Source of the DNA: Gammaproteobacteria bacterium
Lineage (GTDB): Bacteria > Pseudomonadota > Gammaproteobacteria > Ga0077536
Length of the DNA stretch: 64,000 bases
Direction of reading: 5' to 3'
Assembly (NCBI GenBank): GCA_963662545.2
Contig: CAXXLL010000002.1
Span: 2,240,001 to 2,304,000, forward strand
Numbering within the stretch: the stretch's first letter is position 1; the number at the start of each line of letters is the position of its first letter. The position numbers were made by a program, and so were the translations under genes. Below, piece by piece: positions 1 to 10,657 of the stretch. The notes below the pieces were generated by a model. The model searched no databases and had not been told where the DNA came from. It saw only the letters and a list, made by a program, of their open reading frames with translations.

Positions 1-2043
1 GAGGTTGTTCGCGGCGAGGGCTGAATTGGGTTTTTCGCGCAGCACGTTCTCATACTGCTCAATTGCCGAATCGAGATTGCCGGTCCGCTCCAGGTACGTG
101 GCGAGGCCGGTCACCAATAGGGGCGCTCCGCTTGTTGCCTCGATGCCTTGCTTCAGCCACGACACCGCCTCTTCACCCCTGTCCTCGGCCACGGCGATCG
201 TCGCGAGGTTGCGATATGGGATAGGCCAGGCCGGATTCAATTCGACGGCGCGTTCGAGTTGTGGTTTAGCTTGATCGAATTGCTTCTCCCTCAGGTACAG
301 TTCGCCCAAGAGGTTGCGGGCCACGAAATGGCGGTCTTCGGCTGCGATGACCTCGAGGAGCCTCGCTTTCGCGACATCATCTTGCTCGAGCGCAAGATAG
401 CTTTTCACCAACTGCGAAAGCGGCTGCACGGCGAGCGGTGAGACGTCCAGTGCCGACTGGAATTCGCCGACACTCGCTTCGACGTTGCCGGTGGCCTGAT
501 GGATGAGGCCGGCGAAATGGTATCCCGTGGCGAGTTTCGGCGCCGCTGATTTGAGCTGCTCGCTGACGGCCATTGCCGCATCCCAGTCCTTGCTGTAAAC
601 GAGGATCTTGAACTTGCCTTCGAGTGCCTGGACGTGGCCCGCCGAGCGCTTGAGGATCTCGTCGAGTTGCCTCAGAGCCTCATCCAGTTCGCGGCGCGTG
701 GTGTGATAATTGGCGAGCTCGAGTCTCAGGACTGCAGCGGTCGGCGTGACTTCCAGCCCCTGCTTCAATACGTCCTTGGCGAGTTCCGGTTCTTTGTTCG
801 TTAGGTGCGCACGGGACAACAAGCGTACGACATTAATTTTCGCGGGAGCATCCCGCAAGACGGTACGAAAATCGGCGATAGCGCCGGGTGAGTCACCATC
901 GTTCAGCAACAAGGTGCCGCGCAGGATCAACGAATCGGTGTCGCGCGGGTTATCCGCGAGCACTTCCTCCACGAGCACGCGTGCGCCGGCCAGATCGTTC
1001 TGACGCGCTTTGACGATCGCCAGGCGGCTCTTGGCCGTAAGGTAATCCGGCCCCTCCCTTTCCGTTTCGGCAATGAAGGTGTAGATACCGCCTGCTTCGT
1101 CGAGGCGCGTGGCCGCCTCGAAGACCTTGCCGAGGGCAAACCGGTAGCGAAGCTCGTCCGGATTCTCAGCGATGATGCGGTTGAGTTCGTCGATGGCGGT
1201 ATCGACGCCGCGGTTCGCCGCCAGGAACTCTACATAGGCCAAGTGCGCGGCCTGCTCGCCGGGTAATGCCTCGATGGCGTCTTGCAAGGCCTCTTCGGCG
1301 GCGTCGAGGCGCTTCAGCCCGATTAAAAACCGCGCGAATGCATTCCGGTATGCAAGCACATCGGGCTCCTGCTCGATGACCTGCCGAAATACCTCGACCG
1401 CGTCGTCGGGCCGCTTAAGGCCGGCATAGACTCGAGCGAGGTTAATTTTTAACGCCACTTGGTCCGGGTGCCTGGCGATAGTGTCGTTGAGCAGTTCGAT
1501 GCTTTCCTCGCTCAGGCCTTCGGCCAGAAGAAGAGACGCCATCAACGATGCGGCCTCCGCATTCAGTGGTTCGAGTTCGAGCGCGCGGGTGATCGTTTCT
1601 TTGGCATCTTCCCGGTTGCCGGCCTTGGCCTTGACGCCGGCCAGCAGCGTCAGCGCTTCCACGTCATCGGGCGCCGCCTGCAGCACCCTCTCCGCATTTT
1701 CGCGCGCCTTCTCATCGTTGTTGCTCAGCAAGTACAGGCGCCCCATCCGCATGAGGGCATCGCGATGATCCGCCTGCTCCGAGATGATCGCGAGATAATG
1801 GCCGGCCGCACCGCGCCAGTTCTCGAGCTTTTCCAAGGTTTGCGCGAGGGCGTAACGCCCGTCGAGATCCTTTGGATCGATCTGGAGGACGTTCTTGAAC
1901 TCGAGCCGCGCCTTTTCAAAATTGCCCTCGTCGAAGAGCGCCTGCCCCTTGTTCATATAGGCCGTCTTGCGGTCTTCGGCGCCGCCGCAGGCGACCAGCA
2001 GCACGGTCAATCCAATCAGGGCGAGACGGAATGGTTTATTCAT
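1..2043 (-). CDS. TPR-repeat lipoprotein (PrsT-like, exosortase-system associated); 3' end runs off the window
   Basis: Not in the ORF track because there is no stop in the window. Manual translation from ATG 2043 gives MNKPFRLALIGLTVLLVACGGAEDRKTAYMNKGQALFDEGNFEKARLEFKNVLQIDPKD..., a lipobox (LVAC) followed by tandem TPR-like helices. Lies next to the exosortase locus. Confidence 0.85.
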   Translation of the reverse strand, partial: MNKPFRLALIGLTVLLVACGGAEDRKTAYMNKGQALFDEGNFEKARLEFKNVLQIDPKDLDGRYALAQTLEKLENWRGAAGHYLAIISEQADHRDALMRMGRLYLLSNNDEKARENAERVLQAAPDDVEALTLLAGVKAKAGNREDAKETITRALELEPLNAEAASLMASLLLAEGLSEESIELLNDTIARHPDQVALKINLARVYAGLKRPDDAVEVFRQVIEQEPDVLAYRNAFARFLIGLKRLDAAEEALQDAIEALPGEQAAHLAYVEFLAANRGVDTAIDELNRIIAENPDELRYRFALGKVFEAATRLDEAGGIYTFIAETEREGPDYLTAKSRLAIVKARQNDLAGARVLVEEVLADNPRDTDSLILRGTLLLNDGDSPGAIADFRTVLRDAPAKINVVRLLSRAHLTNKEPELAKDVLKQGLEVTPTAAVLRLELANYHTTRRELDEALRQLDEILKRSAGHVQALEGKFKILVYSKDWDAAMAVSEQLKSAAPKLATGYHFAGLIHQATGNVEASVGEFQSALDVSPLAVQPLSQLVKSYLALEQDDVAKARLLEVIAAEDRHFVARNLLGELYLREKQFDQAKPQLERAVELNPAWPIPYRNLATIAVAEDRGEEAVSWLKQGIEATSGAPLLVTGLATYLERTGNLDSAIEQYENVLREKPNSALAANNL

Positions 2044-2174
2044 AGATGAAAGTCCGTGGTCGATGCTTTGTGCGGAGCACCATTTTACACTTCACCCGGT
2101 AAAAATGCCGTAACCGTTGGCAAAACAGGCCACCGCGCCGATTACGAAGCACACGGGTGGCTCGAAGAAGCATT

Positions 2175-2548
2175 TCACGTAACGCTGGAACGGTATCAGT
2201 CGTAGGTCGACCGAATACCGGTGTCGAGGTCGATCCGTGTACGCGAACCCATGCCGGACAATTTCTGGACATCCACGAGTTTGTGCGGTGTGTCATCCGG
2301 TTTCGATCGGTCGTGCTCGATCGTGCCCTCGAAGACCGCGATCCATGCAACGGTTACGGCCAGATCGTTAATGGAAATATCTTGAGCGAGCCCGATATTG
2401 ATCCGGCCATCCGCCTCATGATCCTGCATCAGAAAGAGGCCGGCGTCCGCGCAGCCGTCCACATGCAGGAACTCACGCATCGGCGCTCCCCCGAGCCCCA
2501 AATCGTCACGGTGTCCGCTGCCTGAACCTTCGCTTCGCGAAACCTGCC
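2175..2548 (-). pseudogene. fcl: C-terminal remnant of GDP-L-fucose synthase (Fcl/WcaG)
   Basis: Reads RFREAKVQAADTVTIWGSG / frameshift / APMREFLHVDGCADA...INIG...DISINDLA...DRSKPDDTPHKLVDV...GIRSTYD*Y. N-terminal two-thirds absent, with a frameshift near 2490 and an in-frame TGA. Confidence 0.8.
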
Positions 2549-2658
2549 AGGGCGCCGCTGGCCATGTACGGGGAAAGGCGCTAACCGGTAAAGAGAAAGT
2601 GACGGTGTTGCCCCGCCCAGTCGGTTAATAGGAGATTAACCCTTGAGCAGGGGCTCGC

Positions 2659-3303
2659 TCAGGCAGCTCGCGACGGGTCGCGATCTCGACGGATCATGGC
2701 CAGGCCGATCAATGCCGTACTGAGAAGCACGACCGATGCCGGTAGGGGTATCAGGGTAATAGTGACCTCGAGGCTGGCCATAGTCTTCTCGATGTCGGCG
2801 CCGTCCACGGCAAACAAGGCGTTCGAGATGGTCACGGTAACCTCCTCAACCAAACCGCCGGAAAAATCGAAGCTGGTGCCCAGACCCCAAGGACCGACGG
2901 CGCCGGAGCTGAATACGATCGACGCGAGGCTATTGGTCATGCCGTTAGCTGTTATGGAGCCGGTCGCGATGGCCGTGCCGCCCCCGGTGCTGTCGCCGTC
3001 GCCGGTTTCGGCATAAATGACGCTCGTGATGCGGTAGCCGTTCGGCGCGGTGATGCTGAGGCTCAGTGTGTCGAAGGCGACGATGACGCTACCACCCGCC
3101 TTGAAATCTTCTAACCCGATGACGAGGATATTCGGGTTGCCGCCGTCGGGTGCGGTGGTGCTGATCTTGAATAGGTCGGGAGGACCCGAGACAGCATCAC
3201 TGAAGTCGGAAAAGGTGACGGTGGCGGCTCCTGCCGGGGCTGCAAGGACGATTCCACCAACGACAAGGCCTGCGAGAACTAAAGATCTGAATTTGTGGTT
3301 CAT
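2659..3303 (-). CDS. VPLPA-CTERM (IPLPA) protein-sorting domain surface protein
   Basis: Signal peptide ending APAGA, S/T/G-rich body, C-terminal IPLPA + hydrophobic helix + basic RRDR tail; exosortase gene nearby. Confidence 0.9.
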   Translation of the reverse strand: MNHKFRSLVLAGLVVGGIVLAAPAGAATVTFSDFSDAVSGPPDLFKISTTAPDGGNPNILVIGLEDFKAGGSVIVAFDTLSLSITAPNGYRITSVIYAETGDGDSTGGGTAIATGSITANGMTNSLASIVFSSGAVGPWGLGTSFDFSGGLVEEVTVTISNALFAVDGADIEKTMASLEVTITLIPLPASVVLLSTALIGLAMIRRDRDPSRAA

Positions 3304-3429
3304 TTCTCAGTTTTCCTTTGGCAATCTAATAGTTACGTGACGTCCGCCCATTGACAGATCGAACTCGGGCCTGGGTTGGCCGGCCCGTCGGCCACACTCG
3401 GTAGCGCCTACGTCGTCGAAGGTCGTGAA

Positions 3430-3454
3430 TGTAAACAAATGTTACAACATTTGT
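3430..3454. promoter_or_regulatory. Overlapping dyads upstream of the IPLPA-CTERM gene (TGTAA-N7-TTACA and ACAAATGTT-AC-AACATTTGT)
   Basis: AT-rich inverted repeats in a GC-rich intergenic region about 130 bp upstream of the start codon. Confidence 0.5.
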
Positions 3455-3610
3455 GCTCCGGTTCGTGATAGTCAGGCAGTCAAAACCGTGAACGGGTCCA
3501 CAAAAGACTAATTTCGGCCCGTCGTCAGGCCGACCTCGATCAGCCGCCGCGGTAGCACACGAAGTAAGCCGCGCCTGCTCGCGCACCCCGCGCCGCTGCG
3601 GCTGGCGACG

Positions 3611-5269
3611 TCACCCGGCGACGGGAACGTCGAACAGCAGCAGCCGCCCCGCGAGCAAGGTCAGCACTACGCAGGCGCCTGCCCGCACGTGCCATACCCG
3701 CACGCGTACTTCGGCCAGGATGAGCTCGACTGCGTAGAACATAACCAAGGTCTTGATCGCGACTTCACCGATGTAGGCCTGCGGCAGCAGCCGGCCCGTC
3801 AAAGTTGGCACTAGTAAGGCGATTAGGATGATGAGGAAATCCGTCGGCGTCACCTTGAACGACCGGTTGTAGCCGAAGCGGTAGGCAATCAGCACGCCAA
3901 CGCCGAGCATGACGAAATAGACGTTTTCCGCGAGGTCGGAAACGGCCCCGGGATCCTTTGCTGCGCACCAGTAAAAGACGATGGTGGTAATGGTGATGTA
4001 GAGCACCAGGCGTTCCGGCAGCGAGAATTCCGACGCACGCCAGCGCAGTGCAAACGCGACCAGCGTCGCGCACCAGAGCGCGACCGCGGTGGCCTTGCCA
4101 TCCGCCGGAATGACGTCGAGATTGACGATTGCGTAAGCCGCGAACAGAGGCATCGTAAAAGCGGCAAAAAGCATCGGGATGCGAGTCAGCACGGCGTGGC
4201 GTTTGAGGCCGCGCGCGAATTGAGTCACCGCACTCGGCGTATCTTCGCGCGGACGTTGCCGCACTCGCCAGCTGCGGTTCGAGGCGACGGTGAATACCAC
4301 AGCGAGGCCGAACAGCACGGCCGCGAAAACGCCCACGTTGAGGAGATCCGACTGATAGCGAAACAAGAAGGCCATCGTCACCAGCGCCGCCTGCAAGGTA
4401 TAAACCGTGATCACCGATTCGTAGTGGTCAAGCCCGAGCTGCAGTAATTTATGGTGGACGTGATTGCGGTCGGGCTTGAACGGCGAGCGCCGCTCGATAA
4501 CGCGCTGCCCCATCACGAGGAAAGTGTCGATCAGCGGCAGACCGAGCAGCAGCAATGGCATCGACGGGCTCAGCACCACGCTCGAACGCTGAGTGAGAAT
4601 GATCACCAGTACCCCCACTGAGAAGCCCAGAAACTGGCTGCCGGCATCACCCATGAACACCTGCGCAGGGTAGGTGTTATAGCGTAGAAAGCCGATGATG
4701 CTGCCCATCACCGCCATCGACAGCACGAACAGCGTGCCGTCTCCCGCAAGATAGGCCAGCAGACTCAAGGTGCCGATGCTGAGCAGCGTCGTGCCGCCGG
4801 CAAGCCCGTCGAGACCGTCGGAAAGGTTGATCGCGTTGGTGATGCCGAGCAGCGCGAAGATCGTGAGCGGGATCGATACTGATTCCGGGATGGGATCCAC
4901 ACCCGCAAACGGCACGAACCGGATCACGATGTCACCGTAGAAAACTGCGATCGACACCGCGATGAGTTGGCCCGCAAACTTGAGCCGGTAGTCGAGCGAG
5001 CTGCGATCGTCCCATAGGCCGAAAATTAAAAGTACTGCGACGCCATAAAGCAGCCCCAGTACCTGCCGGTTCGGTTCGACCCACAGCAAAATCGGTGTGA
5101 CCGCGCCCGCCACCATTGCCAGGCCGCCGATACGCGGCGTCGGCACGTCGTGCACTTTGCGCTCCGAGGGTAGATCGACGAAGGCGTACCGCCGAGCCGA
5201 GCGCATCAGCGGCGGAATCAATACCATCGCGATAAACATGGCGACGATAAAGGCGAAGAACGCGGTCAT
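3611..5269 (-). CDS. MraY/WecA-family undecaprenyl-phosphate GlcNAc-1-phosphate transferase with C-terminal membrane extension
   Basis: Motifs RKVHDVPTPRIGG, GLWDD, NAINLSDGLDGLAGG, FMGDAGSQFLG, DRNHVHH. Start placed at MTAFFAF (5269). Confidence 0.9.
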   Translation of the reverse strand: MTAFFAFIVAMFIAMVLIPPLMRSARRYAFVDLPSERKVHDVPTPRIGGLAMVAGAVTPILLWVEPNRQVLGLLYGVAVLLIFGLWDDRSSLDYRLKFAGQLIAVSIAVFYGDIVIRFVPFAGVDPIPESVSIPLTIFALLGITNAINLSDGLDGLAGGTTLLSIGTLSLLAYLAGDGTLFVLSMAVMGSIIGFLRYNTYPAQVFMGDAGSQFLGFSVGVLVIILTQRSSVVLSPSMPLLLLGLPLIDTFLVMGQRVIERRSPFKPDRNHVHHKLLQLGLDHYESVITVYTLQAALVTMAFLFRYQSDLLNVGVFAAVLFGLAVVFTVASNRSWRVRQRPREDTPSAVTQFARGLKRHAVLTRIPMLFAAFTMPLFAAYAIVNLDVIPADGKATAVALWCATLVAFALRWRASEFSLPERLVLYITITTIVFYWCAAKDPGAVSDLAENVYFVMLGVGVLIAYRFGYNRSFKVTPTDFLIILIALLVPTLTGRLLPQAYIGEVAIKTLVMFYAVELILAEVRVRVWHVRAGACVVLTLLAGRLLLFDVPVAG

Positions 5270-5277
5270 CGGCGTAA

Positions 5278-6870
5278 CTAGCCCGGAATGTACTCCGGCA
5301 ACAGCGGGCTGATATCGCCCGCGAAGTCGCTCAGGACACGATCGAGTTCCTCGATGTCCTGCCCGGGATGCGAACTCACGATCAGCCGTACCAACGCACC
5401 ATCCGTTCGATTCTTCGTCAGGGCGTCCCAGAAAACGAACCATTTGACGAAATATTCATTCGTCACTATGCGTCCACGCTGCTGAAACCAGTAGTAGACA
5501 AGCTGTCGTGAATTGCCCTGAGAAATGAGGACTCGATTGACCTTCAAAGGGATACCGGCGATCGAGATGCCGTCGAGGTTTCGCGTCTCGAGCGACTCGA
5601 TTACCCAGCCGCCACCCGGCAAACAGGATCTGGGCGAATGTGCCGATTGGCCCTTTTTCTGCGAATCGTAGTAGGCCGAGTAAAAGTTCACCACCATCCC
5701 CGATTCGTTCGCGTAGTTCACTAGCGAATAATCGCTAAGCTTCAGCACGTTGAGGTAGATATCCTCCATCGTGATCGCGCGCCCGGTCCAGTCATCAACT
5801 TCGAGCGGTAAGGTCGCAAAGCGCTCGCGAGCCGGCGGCACCTCGGTTCGATTGGGGATCGAAAGGGCCGGATAAAGGGCAGCCACGGTCAACAAGGTGA
5901 CTGCGATCGCGGCCGCAGGGATACGTCGCGGGATCCAGGTCGCGCCCTCTTCCGGCGGCTGTGGCGGATCAATGCCGAACACCTGACGGAGCGGGCGCCG
6001 GTCGCGGCTCAGGCGCATCAGGAGCCACATTTCCAGGAATAAAATGCCGAAGCAGGCCATGAAGATCGCCCAGCCTTCGAAATCATGCAGGAAGCCTTCG
6101 GCCATCGACTGACCCCAGTACTCGACCATCACGCCGATGATGCCGATCCGAAAGCTATTCATCAGGATGGTAATGGGAATGGTGGAAACGAAGATCAGGA
6201 TCCGCTTCCACATTGCGGCATGATAGAAGTACGCCACGATCACGCCGAGTGTCATCAAGGGGAAGAGATAGCGCAGCCCGTCGCAGGCCTCAACCACCTG
6301 CAGCTTGTAGCTGCCTAGGTCAATGACGTTGCCCTCGAGAAAGACGCTGATACCGAAGAGCCGGATCACCAAGACGCCGATCTCGGAAGACAGCAATTGC
6401 AACTGCGATGACAGATTGTTGTAGATGAAATTCGGGAACGGCACCATGAAGAACAGCAGCAGCAGCGGCACTGCGAGAACGCGGAAGGCGGGGGTGCCGA
6501 CATAGGCCCAGGCGACGCCTGCGACAAAGAAGATGAAGCCATACTGAATGACGGTGTAGATGGTGCTGAGCTCGCCCAGGAGATACAGAAATAGCCCCGA
6601 GGCCGCGAGTACAACGCCCCACCACGAGCCGTCGAAGCGCAGTTCGCGCAGGAGGTCGCTGCGCTGCCAGATGAGGTAGGCGGTGATGATCGGAATGAGG
6701 AAGCCGTGGCTGTATTCCTCGCGGTTCGACCACCACTGGACCATCAGCTTCAGGCTGTCGTAATAGATGACGACGCCAATGGCGGCGATCGCGGCGAGAA
6801 GCAGCCAGTTGCGGCTGTCTGTTTTCCAGTAGTCGGTCGTAGGTATCGCGCTCCCGTCCATGCCCTTCAT
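5278..6870 (-). CDS. xrtD: Exosortase D (VPLPA-CTERM-specific) with C-terminal EpsI domain
   Basis: EYSHGFLIP, catalytic VVEACDGLRY, NSFRI, FLHDFEGW; EpsI-type HSPRSCLPGGGW and YYWFQQRGR...RTDGALVR; IPLPA substrate in the same locus. Confidence 0.9.
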   Translation of the reverse strand: MKGMDGSAIPTTDYWKTDSRNWLLLAAIAAIGVVIYYDSLKLMVQWWSNREEYSHGFLIPIITAYLIWQRSDLLRELRFDGSWWGVVLAASGLFLYLLGELSTIYTVIQYGFIFFVAGVAWAYVGTPAFRVLAVPLLLLFFMVPFPNFIYNNLSSQLQLLSSEIGVLVIRLFGISVFLEGNVIDLGSYKLQVVEACDGLRYLFPLMTLGVIVAYFYHAAMWKRILIFVSTIPITILMNSFRIGIIGVMVEYWGQSMAEGFLHDFEGWAIFMACFGILFLEMWLLMRLSRDRRPLRQVFGIDPPQPPEEGATWIPRRIPAAAIAVTLLTVAALYPALSIPNRTEVPPARERFATLPLEVDDWTGRAITMEDIYLNVLKLSDYSLVNYANESGMVVNFYSAYYDSQKKGQSAHSPRSCLPGGGWVIESLETRNLDGISIAGIPLKVNRVLISQGNSRQLVYYWFQQRGRIVTNEYFVKWFVFWDALTKNRTDGALVRLIVSSHPGQDIEELDRVLSDFAGDISPLLPEYIPG

Positions 6871-6874
6871 TGTT

Positions 6875-7108
6875 TCACGTCGGCGCTGCGGCGACATCTT
6901 TTAGGACGTCAACGTAGTATCCGGCAAGCGCGTTCCGATCGAAATGGGCACGCATATGGTGGTGTACACGATTGCGCATCTCCTCTCTCAGGTTGGGAGT
7001 ATCGGACAACCGGCGAATAGCATCAGCCAGTTGGTTCGCATTATCGGGCGCGACAGCAATCCCGCCGCCGGCAGCTCCGGAGATCACACCGAACCCCAAC
7101 CTGCGCAT
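6875..7108 (-). pseudogene. C-terminal remnant of a GT4 glycosyltransferase
   Basis: AGGGIAVAPDNANQLADAIRRLSDTPNLREEMRNR...AHFDRNALAGYY resembles the last ~70 aa of GT4 enzymes; no N-terminus. Confidence 0.6.
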
Positions 7109-7114
7109 CGTGCT

Positions 7115-8284
7115 TTAGGCACAGACGAAATCGGCAATGCGCCGAGGGCCGTCGGTTGGCATGATGTACTGTTCGTTGCGCGGCTGCATGGAAAGCTCCT
7201 CCAATCGGCTCAGGATCTCATCGGGCCCAGCGTCGGAATCGACACAGGCGCCGAGCCCCAGTTTCTCGATCTCGATCGCCGTGTCGGCATCACGTGGGCC
7301 CACGAACAGCGTCGGGATACCCGTCGCCGCGATGCCGTAAAGTTTGCTGGGCACGATGATCCCCTCCCAACCGCGCTTCATTGTCACGACGTGAACCGTT
7401 GCCGCGTTCAGCAGATCCGCCGTTAATTCCGGCGGCTGATAGTCCAGGATCCTCACGTTGGCCATGCCCTGTGCAGCTGCCTCCAGAGCCAACCGTTCCG
7501 CACCGCGGGCGACGAATACTAACAACCACTCGTCATCACCACGCGCCATCAGGGTTGTCGCAGCATCTAACAAATTTTGGAACGAGTGCGCCTCCCCGAG
7601 GTTCCCCGCATAGAGCGCAATCTTCTTCTCCGCCCAGCCGAACTTGGCGAGGAACCGATTATTCTTCCGTTCGACCTTCGGCAGCGCCCGGTGATCCCAA
7701 GGTGGCACGACGACGCACCCGCTCGTGGAGCCATCAAAGCTACCGTACTTTGTCAACAACCGCCGCTGGGTCGGCCCGAGGGCGATTACGCCTGTCGTCC
7801 GTCGCAACCCCTCATTGTTCATTCCGCGTAGGATTCGGGCGGCGAGGCCATCTGCCCTGATCATCCCCTTGGCAATCATCGCCTCGGGGTAGAGGTCCAT
7901 CGTCCACCAGAAAAGCTTCTGGGAGCTGCGATGCAACCGCCGGCAGAATCTTGCTGCGTAAAGCATGAACGGCGGATCGGTCAGCACGACACATCGATCC
8001 CACCGGGAAAACGGAATCGCTAGTATTGCTCGTAGCCAGAATACGCCCCACTGCACGAACCGCGAGGAGCCGGATCCGGTCCAGACCGCCTTGATCTGGA
8101 CCTGGTCGAAGCCGCCCGCCTCGGCTTCGATGCCGCCGTAGCTTTGCTGTTGGGAAGTTAGGACCTGGACCGAATGTCCGGCGTCAATAAGGCAGCGGGC
8201 GACATCTTCCAGCATCCGCCCGGTGGGCGTCTGCTTGCCGCCGTAGAACCGGTTGACCAACAGGATGCGCTTGGGGTCGCTCAG
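7115..8284 (-). CDS. GT4-family glycosyltransferase (WcaI/WbuB-like)
   Basis: [37 protein letters not shown]. Start uncertain: CTG 8284 overlapping the upstream stop, or TTG 8260. Confidence 0.85.
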   Translation of the reverse strand: MSDPKRILLVNRFYGGKQTPTGRMLEDVARCLIDAGHSVQVLTSQQQSYGGIEAEAGGFDQVQIKAVWTGSGSSRFVQWGVFWLRAILAIPFSRWDRCVVLTDPPFMLYAARFCRRLHRSSQKLFWWTMDLYPEAMIAKGMIRADGLAARILRGMNNEGLRRTTGVIALGPTQRRLLTKYGSFDGSTSGCVVVPPWDHRALPKVERKNNRFLAKFGWAEKKIALYAGNLGEAHSFQNLLDAATTLMARGDDEWLLVFVARGAERLALEAAAQGMANVRILDYQPPELTADLLNAATVHVVTMKRGWEGIIVPSKLYGIAATGIPTLFVGPRDADTAIEIEKLGLGACVDSDAGPDEILSRLEELSMQPRNEQYIMPTDGPRRIADFVCA

Positions 8285-9333
8285 ACCTTCAACCTCGAAT
8301 ACCAGCTTTCGACAATCTGGTCGAACGTCTCATCCAGGCTGACCGAGATGTCCCAAGAAGGACAGTGCTCGCGCATGCGGCTGAGATCGCTGTAGTAACA
8401 GATGTGGTCGCCATCGCGGTTCTTGTCGGAGTACTCGCTGACCATTGGCTTGCCTGTACGCTCGGCGACCGCGTCGAAGGCCTCCAGGATGGAGCAGCTA
8501 TTGGCCTTGCCGCCGCCAATGTTGTAGATCTCAGCCACACGGGGCGACTCGATGAAAGCATGGATGAAGCGCGCCACGTCCAGGCTGTGGATGTTGTCCC
8601 GCACCTGCTTACCTTTGTATCCGTAAATGGTGTACTTCTTGCCCTCGACGTTGCACTTCACGAGGTAGCTTAGAAAACCGTGTAGCTCGACGCCCGAGTG
8701 GTTGGGACCGGTCAGACAACCGCCGCGCAGGCAACAGCTTTTGATGTCGAAGTAGCGCCCGTACTCTTGCACCAGCACGTCCGCCGCTACCTTGCTGGCC
8801 CCAAAGAGCGAGTGCTTAGAAGCGTCGATCGACATCGTCTCGGGAATGCCTTCGGCGTAGGTCGCGTCGTCGTAGTCCCAGCGTGTGTCCAGCTCCTTCA
8901 TCTTAATGAAATTCGGGCGGTCGCCGTAGACTTTGTTCGTCGACATGTGAACGAAAACGACATCCGGACAATGGCGGCGCGACGCCTCCAGCAGGTTGAG
9001 GGTGCCGACGGCGTTAGTGTCGAAATCGTCGAAAGGAATCTGCGCGACGAGGTCGTGGCTGGGTTGCGCAGCGGCGTGCACGACAACTTCCGCTTTCAGC
9101 GCCTCGAACAGGTCGAGAACACCCTGTCGGTTGCGGATGTCGAGTTCATGGTGCTCGAAATCGGGAAGCTCGCGCGTGAGCAGCTTTTCGGTCCAACGGG
9201 TGTCGCCAGAAGGTCCGAAGTAGGTCGCCCGCTGGTTGTTGTCCACACCGTGCAGTGTATGGCCCAGCTTGCCGAAGTAGCGGCACACTTCCGAGCCAAT
9301 TAAACCACTGGAGCCGGTTACGATGATCTTCAT
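8281..9333 (-). CDS. NAD-dependent epimerase/dehydratase (CDP-paratose 2-epimerase-like)
   Basis: [44 protein letters not shown]. Confidence 0.9.
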   Translation of the reverse strand: MKIIVTGSSGLIGSEVCRYFGKLGHTLHGVDNNQRATYFGPSGDTRWTEKLLTRELPDFEHHELDIRNRQGVLDLFEALKAEVVVHAAAQPSHDLVAQIPFDDFDTNAVGTLNLLEASRRHCPDVVFVHMSTNKVYGDRPNFIKMKELDTRWDYDDATYAEGIPETMSIDASKHSLFGASKVAADVLVQEYGRYFDIKSCCLRGGCLTGPNHSGVELHGFLSYLVKCNVEGKKYTIYGYKGKQVRDNIHSLDVARFIHAFIESPRVAEIYNIGGGKANSCSILEAFDAVAERTGKPMVSEYSDKNRDGDHICYYSDLSRMREHCPSWDISVSLDETFDQIVESWYSRLKV

Positions 9334-9514
9334 GCGTAGAAATCCATTGGAATCGATCCGGATTGTGGCCGGCACCGCCAGAACGGTATGGAGTTTGGCG
9401 GCTTAATTCAACCCTGGCTGGGGTGGCCACGTCGATGCGCGGAATTCGTTGATGAGGCCGGTTCGTGAATACCGGCAGTCCTCGTATTTTGCTGCGACCA
9501 GATACGGGCATTGG

Positions 9515-10657
9515 CTAATCAGTCAGTTGATGCATGATATCCACCAAGCGTCCGTATCTTTGCTCGGCGGACGGTAAGCTCTGCTGTCGACGGTCCCCCC
9601 GTCGAGTGAGACGAGTTCGCAGTTCAACATTTTTGGCAACCTCGCTCACTTTTTCCGCCGCATCCCGCGCATCGAGAGGAGAAAAATAAACCGCTGCGTC
9701 TCCACAAATCGCTCTTGCAAACGGCAGGTCTGATGCGACGATTGGTAGGCCCATTACCATAGCTTCGGGATAGGTCGCTGAAAAGGTCTCGAGCAAGGAC
9801 GGATGGAACAAGACGTCACATGAACGATATAGAGCAGGACCATCCATGATTTTGACCGGCCCGATGTTTCGCACATATTCAGAAACGCCGAGAGATTCTG
9901 CTTTCGCTTGGAGTCGTATTGCAGCCTCTGATTCCTTCTCAATCGTAATAATGAATTCAAAATGTAGTGTCGGCGCAATTTCGCGCACTGCAGCAGCTAC
10001 GTCTGGAATAATCTCGAGGTGTTTGTGGCGGTAATATGACGCAAAGCTTAATACGCGGACTTCAATATTGTCCTCGAGATAAAAGGGGCCGTGTCGCGCA
10101 TTGACATAGTGCAAGGCGCAGTTATTTGGGACAACATCGATGTTCTTGCGTGGTATTCGCAGCCGTCGATGAAGACCCGAGCGCGCACTTTCTTCTTCCA
10201 CGTACCACCGATCCGCGAAGCGGTACCAATAACCCTTATAAATACACATTAACGCCATCGTCAATCGTCGCAAAGGACCGCGCATTAAATGGAAGGATGC
10301 GAACGACGAATGCGTTACCCACCCGTCGGCAACACCACAGAGGTGGGGAGCGGAGAACTTCACATAAGCCGGGCCGAAAAAGGTAAATACTGCGGACGGT
10401 GATAAATCCGCTTCAAGCTCCAACAGTGTTCGACGTGCCTCGCGGCTTCTTGCCGGCGACGAGTCCATCACGTACACGCAAAGTTGGTCGGTGAGAAAGG
10501 ACCCAACGTCCATTTGCTCCTTAATTTGTTTCGATACAATGCAACTCCATTCATCCGCCTGGCCGGAAGTCACAAGGTAACGAATGAACGAGATGACGGC
10601 CTGCAGGCCTCCGCCGAATTTGATCGTGCTCGCGTTCAGGAGGTAGGCACGGTTCAT
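9515..10657 (-). CDS. GT4-family glycosyltransferase
   Basis: HPSLLETFSATYPEAMVMGLPIVASDLPF (ExxxxxxxE motif). Confidence 0.85.
   Translation of the reverse strand: MNRAYLLNASTIKFGGGLQAVISFIRYLVTSGQADEWSCIVSKQIKEQMDVGSFLTDQLCVYVMDSSPARSREARRTLLELEADLSPSAVFTFFGPAYVKFSAPHLCGVADGWVTHSSFASFHLMRGPLRRLTMALMCIYKGYWYRFADRWYVEEESARSGLHRRLRIPRKNIDVVPNNCALHYVNARHGPFYLEDNIEVRVLSFASYYRHKHLEIIPDVAAAVREIAPTLHFEFIITIEKESEAAIRLQAKAESLGVSEYVRNIGPVKIMDGPALYRSCDVLFHPSLLETFSATYPEAMVMGLPIVASDLPFARAICGDAAVYFSPLDARDAAEKVSEVAKNVELRTRLTRRGDRRQQSLPSAEQRYGRLVDIMHQLTD

Noticed and set aside
5-2049. Plus-strand ORFs over 1-2 kb, and the many other short antisense ORFs in the track
   Set aside because: They are shadows of real genes in GC-rich DNA; here the real gene is the minus-strand TPR lipoprotein
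3304-3430. Sigma-54 promoter for the CTERM gene
   Set aside because: No correctly spaced GG-N10-GC found by eye
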